Origin: Heterodontus francisci
Lineage: Eukaryota
Reading direction: 5' to 3'
Assembly: GCF_036365525.1 (NCBI RefSeq)
Contig: NC_090412.1
Location: 5,374,123 to 5,438,122 of the forward strand
DNA: 64,000 bases
The translations under genes and the position numbers were made by a program. Below the pieces are notes generated by a model. The model saw only the letters and a program-made list of their open reading frames with translations. It was not told where the DNA came from and ran no database searches. Shown here in pieces: positions 1-11,344 of this stretch (within the stretch, counting starts at the first letter, position 1; each line of letters starts with the position of its first letter).

Positions 1-90
1 ATGTAAAAAGCAAATAAAGAGACTAATGGAATGTTGACCTTCATCTGGAATACAAAAGGAAGGAAGTAATGCTACAGTTGTACAGAGCAC
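1..90 (+). mobile_element. CR1 LINE ORF2 fragment (cut by window edge)
   Basis: Degenerate match to the KAYGILSFISRGIEYKSREVMLELY region of the CR1 copy at about 51400-51480. Confidence 0.7.
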
Positions 91-444
91 ACTCCAGAGA
101 CTTGAGCACAAATTTTGGCTGACACTGCAGTGCAGTACTGAGAGAGTGCTGCAGTGTCTGAGCTGCCATCTTTCAGATGAGACAATTAAACAGAAGCCCT
201 GTCTTCCCTGTAAAAGATGCCTGACACTGTTTTGAAGAAGAGCAGGAAAGGTCTCCCTGGTGTCCTGGCCAATATTTGTCCCACTGGTCATTATTACATT
301 GCTGTTTGTGGGATCTTGCTGTGTGAAAATTGGCTGCCACGTTTTGTACATTACAACAGTGACTAGACCTCAAATGTACTTCAGTGGCTGAAAAGCACTT
401 TGGAACATCCGGTGGTCGTGAAAGGCGCTATATAAATGCAAGAA
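91..444 (+). mobile_element. DeuSINE (SacSINE1/AmnSINE1-related), head truncated
   Basis: Colinear with the full copy at 57632-58098. Has the Deu-domain core (ctgccatctttcagatgagac...gtgtcctggccaat) and the tail gtgaaaggcgctatataaatgcaag. Confidence 0.85.
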
Positions 445-569
445 TTGTTTCCCTTCCCATGCATTGTCATCCCTTACTTGATAAACACAAAAATTTCAAA
501 GTGAAGAGTCATAAGAGTGCTCACCTCCCTTGTTTTTGGGAACTGCAAAGCTAAAGTTATACCTCGTCA

Positions 570-827
570 AGGCCAGCTAGTCTCACCTCTGAGTTAGAAG
601 ACTGTCTACTCTTTATAAATTAGGATGATGTTCCAGTGCAGAACTGAGGTGAGATGTTTAAATTAGGTCATCTATGTTGGTTGTAATGGATGACTAAAGA
701 TTTCTTCATGGTATTCAAAGAGTAACGGGAAGATCTCCTAGTGTCAGAGGGAATATAATTCGCAACGAAACACAGTGACAAGTCTTTCATCTCATAACTA
801 AATGGCTGCTGTATTTTCCAGTGGAAC
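570..827 (+). mobile_element. Old DeuSINE, 5' part; 3' part continues at about 1833-1921 after the RTE insertion
   Basis: Degenerate colinear match to other copies; the tail remnant resumes after the RTE. Confidence 0.6.
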
Positions 828-1781
828 AGAGAACTCCTCTTTGCTGACGATGCTGCTTTAACATCTCACACTGAAGAGTGTCTGCAGAGACTCTTCAACA
901 GGATTGCAGCTGCCTGCAATGAATTTGGCCTAACCATCAGCCTCAAGAAAACGAACATCATGGGGCAGGACGTCAGAAATGCTCCATCCATCAATATTGG
1001 CGACCACGCTCTGGAAGTGGTTCAAGAGTTCACCCACCTAGGCTCAACTATCACCAGTAACCTGTCTCTAGATGCAGAAATCAACAAGCGCATGGGTAAG
1101 GCTTCCACTGCTATGTCCAGACTGGCCAAGAGAGTGTGGGAAAATGGCGCACTGACACGGAACACAAAAGTCCGAGTGTATCAGGCCTGTGTCCTCAGTA
1201 CCTTGCTCTACGGCAGCGAGGCCTGGACAACGTATGCCAGCCAAGAGCGACGTCTCAATTCATTCCATCTTCGCTGCCTTCGGAGAATACTTGGCATCAG
1301 GTGGCAGGACTATATCTCCAACACAGAAGTCCTTGAAGCGGCCAACACCCCCAGCTTATACACACTACTGAGTCAGCGGCGCTTGAGATGGCTTGGCCAT
1401 GTGAGCCGCATGGAAGATGGCAGGATCCCCAAAGACACATTGTACAGCGAGCTCGCCACTGGTATCAGACCCACCGGCCGTCCATGTCTCCGCTATAAAG
1501 GCGTCTGCAAACGCGACATGAAATCGTGTGACATTGATCACAAGTCGTGGGAGTCAGTTGCCAGCATTCGCCAGAGCTGGCGGGCAGCCATAAAGACAGG
1601 GCTAAAATGTGGCGAGTCGAAGAGACTTAGTAGTTGGCAGGAAAAAAGACAGAGGCGCAAGGGAAGAGCCAACTGTGCAACAGCCCCGATAAACAAATTT
1701 CTCTGCAGCACCTGTGGAAGAGTCTGTCACTCTAGAATTGGCCTTTATAGCCACTCCAGGCGCTGCTTCACAAACCACTGA
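828..1781 (+). pseudogene. Uninterrupted C-terminal part of the RTE reverse transcriptase ORF (317 codons, no native start)
   Basis: The frame of ORF 960..1781 stays open upstream to 828 (RELLFADDAALTSH...KKTNIMGQD). Confidence 0.85.
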
Positions 1782-1832
1782 CCACCTCCAGGCGCGTATC
1801 CATTGTCTCTCGAGATAAGGAGGCCCAAAAGA
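828..1832 (+). mobile_element. 5'-truncated RTE-clade (RTE-BovB-like) LINE
   Basis: Encodes RT motif LFADD, then TLLYGSEAW, FHLRCLRRIL, RLRWLGHV and a terminal C2H2 (CSTC..SRIGLYSH..). Short 3' UTR ends cccaaaaga. Confidence 0.93.
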
Positions 1833-2124
1833 GGCGCTATAATGCTTCAAAGTTATTCATTGTATCTGAGGATCGTTGAGATGTTTCCATGAAATACGAT
1901 AAGATAAATGGTAGTCTTTCTTAGCCTTTTGCGGAATCACTGTAGTAACATTTTTTTTTTTAAAAGAGCAAGCTCCTCTGCGTTATTTTAGTGCCATTGT
2001 GTCATTTTACAAAGCACAAAATCATTCAGCCGGGGACGCATCAAAGAATGCTGTGACGGAAATCATACCCGCCAAATGGAAACAGATTAATTTTGTCATA
2101 ATTTTGAACACTACTTGAATCTTT

Positions 2125-2754
2125 TTACTGGACATTGAACATAACTTGTTTAAAAGGACCACAGAGTTGAACAACTAAAAACATGGTTGCACATTTGCAT
2201 TCTGAGAGACAGTTGAATAGAGAGACAATGGAAGTGCTCACTGATTCAATTAACAAGATTGGTTTGGGCAACAGTGATGATCCACATCTTATCTGTGTAA
2301 GAGCCAGCACTTCACCCCACCACCGAGTGTCACGGAGACTCTCCAAGAAACCCTCCAAGAAGTTGCTATTTCAAACAGAGATGGTCACATGACTTACCTG
2401 CTGGCTGGACTGGGGACTGTTTTTAATTGTGCCACACAGAAAGGTAACAGACTGCAATTTGAAGACAAAAGCGAAGGAAGGTCTCTCCCTGTCTCTCTCT
2501 GTCAAGTAAAGTCCCAGGGACCCACGGTTGCAGCTAGAGTGATAAGGCTAATAAACTTACATCTTTCTTGTTTAAACCTAAGAAAACCTGTCTGATTGGT
2601 TCATTTGCAATTACAATTAGAGTGCAGTGAGCAAAGGGTTCACCGAGGGGGTCAGCTAAAATCACTGTCTTTTTAAAAGATAAACCCTGTTACGGCCAAA
2701 GCAGGAAAGGGGCAAGAGGGGAGCCTGAGACCCCTTCCTCACCTGATCGTAACA
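2125..2754 (+). mobile_element. Solo LTR-like element (3' end ...cgtaaCA; 5' end unclear)
   Basis: The last roughly 200 bp resemble the reverse complement of 37510-37720. AATAAA at about 2550 and a CA terminus. Confidence 0.55.
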
Positions 2755-3289
2755 ATGCAAAAACTACAGGGTGACAGCAGGCAAAATGTTAGGACCCATT
2801 TGTTTACAAGACTTTAAGATGTTTGTAGATCTTTGGGGCAATGGAATATTTTTGAAGACTATTAGATTCTGCTCAGTTTAACCTGTAGAAAGGTTCAAGG
2901 CACAAGGTGAAGTTAAGCTCCTTAAATTTATTTCTCATCTTGAATAAGTTGGTAGGCACCCATTTAGGAAGTGATATAAGTTGATGTGGTGCACTTTCAG
3001 CCTAAAATTGTGCTATTTTATTGTCAAGACATGAAATGCCTCATTCCTCGAGGTTTCACAAGCTAATGGACTTCTCTTTTTCTCCTTGATTCTCAATATA
3101 GAGGGACTGCTTGAAACAAAAAGACAAGTTTCTTTTCATCAAATCCAAAACAAATTGATGGTGGGTATGTATTTTGATTATCCAGTCTATGTTTCAGATC
3201 TATGTGTGACAGATGGATTGGAGCAGTGGTATCTTCTCAATTTTGGGACCCAACATATATCCAGACAACACTAACAGGGTAAAAGTCTT

Positions 3290-3802
3290 TGGCCTCTGTT
3301 TAATCCATGCTTTTGTTACTCCCAGACTCAAATTGTTCTAATGCTCACCTGTCCACTATCATCCCTATGCTCACTGAGCTACATTGGCTCCCGGTCTGGC
3401 AATGTCTCAATTTTAACATTCTCACCCATCTTTAATCCCTCCCTGACCTCACCCCTCCCTAATTCTGTAATCTCCACCAGCCCTATCACCTTCCAAAATC
3501 TCAGTGCTCCTCTAGTTCTGGCCTCTTACGCATTCCAGATTTTCATCACTGCACCATTGATGGCCATGCCTTCAGCTGTCTGGACCCTAAGCTCTGGAAT
3601 TCCCTCGCTAAACCTCTCCGCCTCTCTACCTCTCTCTCCTCCTTTAAGATGCTGCTTAAAACATACCTGTTTGATCATGCTTTTGGTCACCTGTCCTAAT
3701 ATCTCTTTAAGTGGTTTCAAATTCTATTTGATAATACTCCTGTGAAGCGCCTTGGGATGTTTTAGTATGATAAAGATGCTATATAAATACAAGTTACTGT
3801 TG
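3290..3802 (+). mobile_element. L2 LINE 3' fragment
   Basis: Degenerate LHWLP and LWNSLP motifs; tail tgtgaagcgccttgggatg...gctatataaatacaagt. Confidence 0.8.
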
Positions 3803-4496
3803 AGCCTTTCAGAATTCTGTGTCCCATTCAAAAGAAGAATTATAGTGACACTTGCATGAAACTAGGTTGTTTTGCTTTCTTTCGAATTAATTGCTGCAAT
3901 TTTAAAATGGATTTACAGTGGATACAATAGATGAATAGAAAACAAACTGAGGTACTACAACAAATAGGTAAAAATTTACTTCTGGAAAGATTACAATAAT
4001 AATTTAGAAAATGATAATCATGCAAAGGTGGATAGCATTCGAGATGAGGCAGGCAATAATTATGTTGACAATGCTTCACAATAAAGGCCTGGCTCTGTTG
4101 ATGCTGAACAGTGCCTTCAACTCCTACAGAAGCCTTCACAAGCACTTGCATACAATTGACAGAGATTGCCTACCAACTCTCGTCCATTCGCTTTTCATAA
4201 ACATTTGGAAGCTGCAGGTTGTGAAAGCTACACTTGACAACACAGATACAAAGTGGATAATACAACTGTCCTCCGCCTCTTCAGCCACTCCAGCGTTCCC
4301 CGATTTGGCCCCTTTCACATGTACAAATTGATATAGGCCCTGTGTTCTTGACCCTCTCCCAACCAATCGTCTCAAATAACTTAACCATCTTTAATTTTGG
4401 AAAATCAGTTGCAGAGTCTGCGCGTAATGAATAGAAAATGAAATCAGGCAAAGTTCTTCTTAATATGTTCCATATAACTGACAATATAATAATGAT

Positions 4497-4770
4497 TAGT
4501 GGAGGTTACAGAGATAGGAAGGGATGTGCGGCATTGAGGGATTTGAAAACAAGGAAAGGAATTTTTAAATCGAGGAATTGCCAGACTGTAAACTAAGGTA
4601 GGTCAGCGAGCATCGGGATGATGGATGAACAAGACTTGGTGCGAGATAGGATATTGCAGCAGAACTCAAGTTTATGGAGGGTGCAGTGTGGGAGACCAGG
4701 CAGGAGAGCCTTGAAATAGTCACGTTTTGAAGTAACTAAGGTCTAGATGAGGGTTTCAGCGACAGATGTT
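4497..4770 (-). mobile_element. L2 LINE fragment
   Basis: Similar to 19030-19225 and to the reverse complement of 34016-34260. Confidence 0.7.
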
Positions 4771-5211
4771 GCATCTTTAGAGTTGGAAACTTGCAACCTA
4801 ACAATGACACACTTAGATTTCGATAACATCTTGTCAGATCACTGAAGCATGTACAAGTGCTTCAGACAGTGGATTACTTTCAGCAGCATAGGAATTGTTG
4901 TTTAAGTGTTAAAGGTGCTTTTATATTGCAGTTTTCATCCAGGCTCGGCAAGTCCAGCACCTGGGAGCCAATTCCTTATGTTCATGTTGTTTTGTGGACT
5001 CAATCTTACTTGAGTTTACATGTCTGCTGCATTTAATTCTACAAGTGCCAAGAGCAGCAATGAGCTGCCAGCACTTGAATGAAAGGCATGAAAATATAAA
5101 AGACACTTTGAGCAAGTGGGCTCTGTTTTTGTTGTTATGTGTCTCGTTTGCGACTGAAAAAACATCAGAGACTAGATGTTGCAGTTTTGGAGAATAAAGT
5201 TAAACAGAAAG

Positions 5212-5416
5212 CTGTTTAAGGAGTCCTGGAGTAAATGATGATTTTTAAGGAGGAGGTAGATGGATTTTTGAAATCTTGGGGAGTCAAGGGTTATGCAGAG
5301 CAGGCGCAAAAGAGGAGTTGAGGCCTAAGACAGATCAGCCATGACCTTATTGAATGGCGGGGCAGGCTTGAGGGGCTGAATGGCCTACTTCTGCTGCTCT
5401 AATGTTCTTATGTTCT
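5212..5416 (+). mobile_element. CR1 LINE 3' tail
   Basis: gatcagccatgaccttattgaatggcggggcaggcttgaggggctgaatggccta followed by a short tandem tail. Confidence 0.8.
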
Positions 5417-5574
5417 ATTCTAGTTATAAATGTCACAGCAAAAGTGATGGTTTTGGAAGGTAGAAAATGTGGATTAAGCCCCAGAGTCCAGAGGTTGAGT
5501 GATCAAGCTTCGGGCACTGATAACGTGCTCTGTGTTAAACCTTTCATGGTTTTTGTTGCTTTACGAATTTCGAA

Positions 5575-5953
5575 GGTGAAGGGGTGATTTGATCGAAGTT
5601 TTCAAGATATTAAGGGGAACTGATAGGGTCGATAGGGAGAAACTATTTCCGCTGGTTGGGGAGTCTAGGACGAGGGGGACGCAGCCTAAAAATTACATCC
5701 AGGAATTTCAGGAGTGATGCTCGGAAACATGTCTACGCGCAAATGATGGTAGAAATTTGGAACTCTCTTAAGCCAATTACAGTTGGCGCGAGGTCAGTTT
5801 TTAATTTTAAATCTGCGGTTGATAGATTTTTGTTAACCAAAAGTATTGAAGGATACAGGGCAAAGGGATATGGAATTAAGTCAAAAATCAGCCATGATCT
5901 CATTGAATGGCAGAACAAACTCGAGGGGCTGAATGGCCTCCTCCTGTTCTATG
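5575..5953 (+). mobile_element. CR1 LINE 3' fragment
   Basis: Peptides GDLIEVFKIL and IWNSL..FKSAVDRFL, plus the same 3' tail. Confidence 0.85.
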
Positions 5954-6494
5954 AGGGCAATCAAAAGCTGCTGAAAACTTTGGTACTAATGTTGAGCATT
6001 GGATTCAGCCGAAAGAGTAACTTTCCCTTTCGAGACTGACTGACATACCAAGCATTTTTAAAATTCTGCTCTTTCCATTTTGAATTTTCCTGCGTTTACA
6101 GTTTTTAATTGTTGCATCTCTAGTGGTTAAAATTTTATGTTATTTCATTATGAATAAAAATTTCCCCCAACTTGCCGAAGCAACACTGGCATCCTTATTC
6201 CTTTTCAACAGAGACTATCTTTTTCTCCTGACCTCACTAATGAAGGTCTGAAGCACATTCTCATTGTGGAAAATGAGTAATCAACAAATTTAGTAGCAGT
6301 GTAGTAGCCTTAGTGAGTTATATGAGCCTCATTTAACTGTTCTCTCACTAATACACCATCCCTCCCATCCCCCCAAGCAGAGCTTAGGCTGCTTCATCAT
6401 TGAAGTTCAGCCAACTGCTCCAGCCCTCCAAATCCCAAAGACTTTGGCTTCTTGCTATTCGTTCAATTGTTGTTTTTAATTGCATAAAAACTGT

Positions 6495-6715
6495 GCTCAG
6501 CTGTGGCTCCGTGGGTAGCATTTGCAGTGCTGAAGAGTGGTGCACTGCTAATATTTATCCCACGATCAACATCACTGGTCATTATCACATTGCTGTTTGT
6601 GGGATCTTGCTGTGGGCAAATGTGCAGCCTCGTTTCCTATATTGCAACAGTGACAATCCTTCAAAAGAAGCTCATTGGCTGTAAAGTGCTGAGGTGGTGA
6701 AAGGCAGGATATTAT
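6495..6715 (+). mobile_element. Internally deleted DeuSINE
   Basis: tRNA-like head gctgtggctccgtgggtagca joined to the 3' half of the family. Confidence 0.7.
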
Positions 6716-6795
6716 TAAGCTGACCAATGGGAATTTAGCCATAGTACTAAACCTTGAAGCGTCTGACTAACAGCGCGTTAACTTCATCCAATATA

Positions 6796-6871
6796 TGAGT
6801 GCCCAAGATCAGGACTTTGCTGGGGGTGATACTATTCACACACCTCGAAAGCTCCTGATCTTGGGCACTCA
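6796..6871. repeat. Inverted repeat/hairpin with perfect 19-bp arms
   Basis: tgagtgcccaagatcagga (6796-6814) is the exact reverse complement of tcctgatcttgggcactca (6853-6871). Confidence 0.95.
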
Positions 6872-7130
6872 GACATCCTGTTGGGACATTTTGGAGCCCA
6901 TCAACTTTTATTGACAAGTACAGAACACTCCACTCTGGGATCTGAGGCTCCTACATTCCCCTGTTTGTTCAATCACTAAGCAGCAGGCTCTGAACCATAA
7001 AGAGAAAAATTCAGACAAGGAGGGGTTGAGTCGGGCCTTCACCAAGTTGCAGTGATGCCCTGTGCCTCAGGACTGGCCCACACCCTGTTCAAGTATCAAT
7101 GGCCAGATGACCACACCCATTAGATTCCAT

Positions 7131-7727
7131 AGCCGGAATTTTACCACGGGCTTCGGGACTCCAACATTGGGGCGGAAAGTGGGTCCTGAGCCAGCACTTG
7201 ATGCCAGTGGGACCCACTCAGCCATTTTACCGCAGGCAGCCTCCTAATTGGCTGCCTGCAGGCTCGCTGTCCAATTAAGGATGGTGAGCAGGCTCCTGAT
7301 GCTGCTGGCTCGGTCAGAGGGCTGGCACCTCTGAAGCCTCAGCAGCGTCACTGGGAGAGGTGGTTGCTGCTGAGGCAGGCAGGAGACCTCGGCAGCTCAG
7401 ACAGGTAAGTAAAAAAAAAAAATTTCAGTGAGCCAAGGGTTGGAGGCGAAAGCCCTCCAGGGAGATCGTTGGGGCTTTGGAGGCTGCCTTCCCTATCCGT
7501 GGCCCCCTTCTTTGGGCAATGGAACCTCTGCCTCCAATGAACCCTGGGCTGTCACAGAAAGGCCACCTCCATTAAGCTGGCAGCCTCCTCATGTGGCGAA
7601 GGGGGTGGTGACGCCCTCCCCTCGGCATAAAATGGCCCTTAATAAGGCCTTCACATATGCAAATTGGCTGCCCCAACATGGCACCCCCCTGCCCCACCGC
7701 CACCTGAGGATTGGTAAAATTCTGCTC
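7131..7727. mobile_element. GC-rich MITE (PIF/Harbinger-like)
   Basis: Imperfect TIRs agccggaattttacc / ggtaaaattctgctc; interior motifs shared with 41566-43800. Confidence 0.7.
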
Positions 7728-7847
7728 TGTGTTTGTGACTGGCAGGTATGTTGAGTTGTGCACTGGCTGGACTGTAAAGACTCTGTCAGGTGTCAGACCT
7801 GGCTCTGTGGTTCATTTGTGCTGTGCAGTCCTTTATCGAGATTAATA

Positions 7848-8155
7848 ATAAACACAGAAAATGCTGGAAATACTCAGCAGGTCTGGCAGCATCTGTAGAG
7901 AGAGAAACAGAGCTAACGTTTCCGTTGTTGAACTCAGTGTTCAGCCTGGAAGGCTGCAAAGTGCCTCATCAAAAGATGAGGTGCTGTTTCTCGAGCTTAT
8001 GTTAAGCTTTATTGGAACAGTGTAGGAGGATAAGAACAGAGAGGTCAGTGTGGGAATGGAGTGCCAAGGGACTGGAAGATCAAGGTCAGATTTGTGGACT
8101 GAACAAAGGTATTCCGAAAGCACGCACCCAATCTGCATTTAATCTCCCTAATGTA
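7848..8155 (-). mobile_element. Penelope-like element fragment (pLTR end fused to the GIY-YIG C-terminal region)
   Basis: 7848-7922 matches the pLTR module; 7925-8155 is similar to 48970-49215. Confidence 0.75.
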
Positions 8156-9619
8156 TCTCATTCTTGCTTTTGTAGATCCTCCATTGTAAATAAATTGGAA
8201 AAGCAGTTTCATCTGCATTAATGGTAATGTTCTCTAGCTTCTGGATTGAGTTGTGAAGGGAATCCTACCGAAATTCCAGTAAGCGGTTTATCATGAAGGA
8301 GATTAGTTGTTAGATGACACTAGCCTGGTTAGGGATTGGGGAAAAGACATAGGGTTACCATTCCTATGGGTTACCATTCCTAAGGCACACAGTTTGCTTA
8401 CAGAAGCTGTTCTCGGGCTGCTTTCCCAGAGTGCAAGACACTGTGAGATAAGACTGAACCAGGAACAACTGGGCTACGTTGAACTTTATGACTCCTCCTT
8501 TAGGACCAGAGAGCATCATACAACACTTCAACATCACAAACAGTAGTTTCTCGGCTTTTTCTGGGTGTCAAAGTCTCTGAGCAGTGAACTATTTTGGTAT
8601 CTTTTAAGATTCAAAATCCCATCCTTGAATCCATCATCCTCAGCTTTGTTACTTGGTTGAAAAATAATGCCAGATCCTCCAAAACAGTCAGACATTCACT
8701 AAATGACTGCAGGTATGCACCTTTATAACGTAGATGGAAACAAAAACACAGAAAGCAGAATTATTTATTGATGGAGTCTTTACATTTTTAAACAATGATC
8801 TGCATTCTGAATAATAAAACAGATTGTTGGTGCTGGATTTCCTCTTGTGTGAATCTCATGTTTCAATTTACATGTTGAATGTGTATGTGGTGCAGTGATG
8901 CCCTTTTTCTATAGCACATTTTTTACTACTCAGTGGCTTTGTGTATTGCTCCTGTTCCCCACTGATGAGTCAATGGCGATAATAGAAAATAGCAGATGGA
9001 TTGAAGTTGAGCAGATAATGATAGGTGAATGCTGTTGATGGGTGATAGGTAGACTATCCATCACCACTGCTAAACAGTGGATTTCAACTTCCTCCCTTCA
9101 CTGATTGTTTTGGCAGGAATGTCCCTGATGGCCTGTCCCCTTCTGTCTGGGTCAAAGCATTGTCTTACATTCCCTCAGTTAGGACATTTGCCCGCAGGGC
9201 TGTCATCGGAAATCAGCTGTCTGTTAAAACTCCGACCTCTTCTTTTCTTATGCAGTCTTTGTCTCTCTCTAACTTTTAATGAAATCTCTAATAGTCCATT
9301 TCTTTTGGGAGGGGGGTGCATTTCTTTAACCACTTATATACTTGTTTTGTGGCTGAATCTGTACGTTTGACTCTGTTTTGCTGTGATTTATATGTCCTTG
9401 GCTCCTGATACAGACCTGTCGTATATCAATTATTAATATTTAGTTACTGCCCTATTGTTGATGAATTGACATACTGTGCAGCTCCATTTCGAGACTGCAG
9501 CAAATAGAGGGCGTGTCATATTCTGGGAGCTCTGAAAGGAAATTGTCACTAGTGGATGGACAAAATGCTTATCAACAAAGGAATGGTAGTGTGTGTGTGT
9601 CAGCCACTCAGCCACATTG

Positions 9620-10098
9620 CACTTGAGCTCATCCAAACCTCTGCTGCCAAGTCCTCATGTGCACCAAGTCCCATTCACTCATCAGCCCTGTGCTCACTGA
9701 TCTACGTTGGCTCCCAGTCTGGCAATTCCTCAATTTTAAAATTCTCATCCTTCTTTTCAAATCCCTCCATGGCTCTCACCCTCCCTATCTCTGTAACCTC
9801 CACCAGCCCCACAACCCTCCAGCTCTGGCCTTTTGCACATCCCCGGTTTTCATTACTGCACTATTGGAGACTGTGCCTTCAGCTGCCTGGGCCCTAAGCT
9901 CTGGAATTCCCTCCCTAAACCTCTGCCTCTCAACCTCTCTTTCTTCCTTTAAGACACTCCTTAAAACCTACCACTTTGACCAAGCTTTTAGTTACCTGCC
10001 CTAATATCTCCTTATGTCGTTCGGTGTCATATCACTCCTGTGGAGCCCCTTGGAACATTTTACTACACAAAATGTTCTATATAAATGCAAGTCGGTGT
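9620..10098 (+). mobile_element. L2 LINE 3' fragment
   Basis: Peptide ISPVLTDLRWLPV..FKILILLFKSLHG..PPYL and SFKTLLKT; L2 tail. Confidence 0.85.
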
Positions 10099-11025
10099 AG
10101 TGCGAGAGTTGTAAAATGGGATGCTGACAATTAATACACAAAGTCAAAATTTACCCCCTCGACTCCACTTAGAGGGAAATTCTGAGTGGCACCTATTGGA
10201 AAATAACGTTTGCTTTCTTCAAGGATTTTCCTTCTCCCTCCAAGAACTCTTCACGTTCCATTCTCAGTTACCTCGATGTAAGTAAATTGCTAGGAAATTC
10301 AGTAACTACTTCAGTGCTCGTGTCTTGCAGATTTTAAATACAAGAATGGAGTTTTGCATGAATTCTTCACAATAAGTGTAATTTGATACCTGGACGTTAT
10401 TTGACATCCATTTCCCTGGTTTGAGAGTAAATGGGAGTCAGGCCCTGTTTAAACAGAGATAAGGTGCTCCAAACCTTGAATTGACTTGAATCAGAGTCAC
10501 TTACTTACCCATGCCGAAAAAGGCTGCACATTATTAAAACATTTAATAGAAATGAAATTTCACCAAGTCCATTCAGCCACCAAACCGCAGTGTGCCGTTT
10601 TCAGTGATTTATCTTCATGTGAATTTCTTTTCCTGAGAGGAGAAGGAGGATAGGGTTCAAAGATGCATCCAACACACTGGCCCCCTGCTGTGACTGATGG
10701 AGCAGGGACAGCGTAATCTGATTACAGTTCCATGCAACATCATTGCATTAACTCTGAAAGGAAGCATGTTGGGGATTAAACAGTTACAAAAACAAGGCCA
10801 AATGGGCACTTGCTGTATTGCTGAGCTTAACACAGGCCGGTAGTTCACTGCAGAAACCACAGTGCTTTTGGATTGAAGTGGTAGATTATGTAGAAGACTG
10901 AACAAAGAATCTTTGAAAGAACTAAGCAGCCAAGGCAGCATTGAAAGCTGACTGCAGAAATTCTGAAGGAATTATCCAGGCCACTGAATAGAATTTTGTT
11001 TTCTAAACTGTGCTGTATAGTTAGG

Positions 11026-11037
11026 TGTCCGCCTTGA

Positions 11038-11075
<38 letters not shown>

Positions 11076-11340
11076 GCAATTTCAAGTCCCACTCCCGAGA
11101 CTTGAGGACAGTATCTAGCTGGTGCTTGCAGCACAATATGGAGGGAATGCTACATTGTTGGAGGTGCTGTCTTTCAGATGAAACGCTCAAACCCTGTCTA
11201 TTCTCTCAGGTGGGCATGGAAAAGAAATCCCATGACACTATTGCAAAGAAGAGCTGGGGAATTATTTCCCTGATGTATTGGCCAATATTTATCCATCAAC
11301 CAACATTACTAAACCAGATGAATGTCGCATTGTTGTTTGT
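11026..11340 (+). mobile_element. DeuSINE
   Basis: tRNA-derived head (tgactcagtgggtagc...ttcaagtccc) plus Deu core. Confidence 0.85.
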
Positions 11341-11344
11341 TTAG

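Noticed and set aside
8962-8990. CTGATGA...GAAA as a hammerhead
   Set aside because: The intervening sequence cannot form stem II, and stems I and III are absent.
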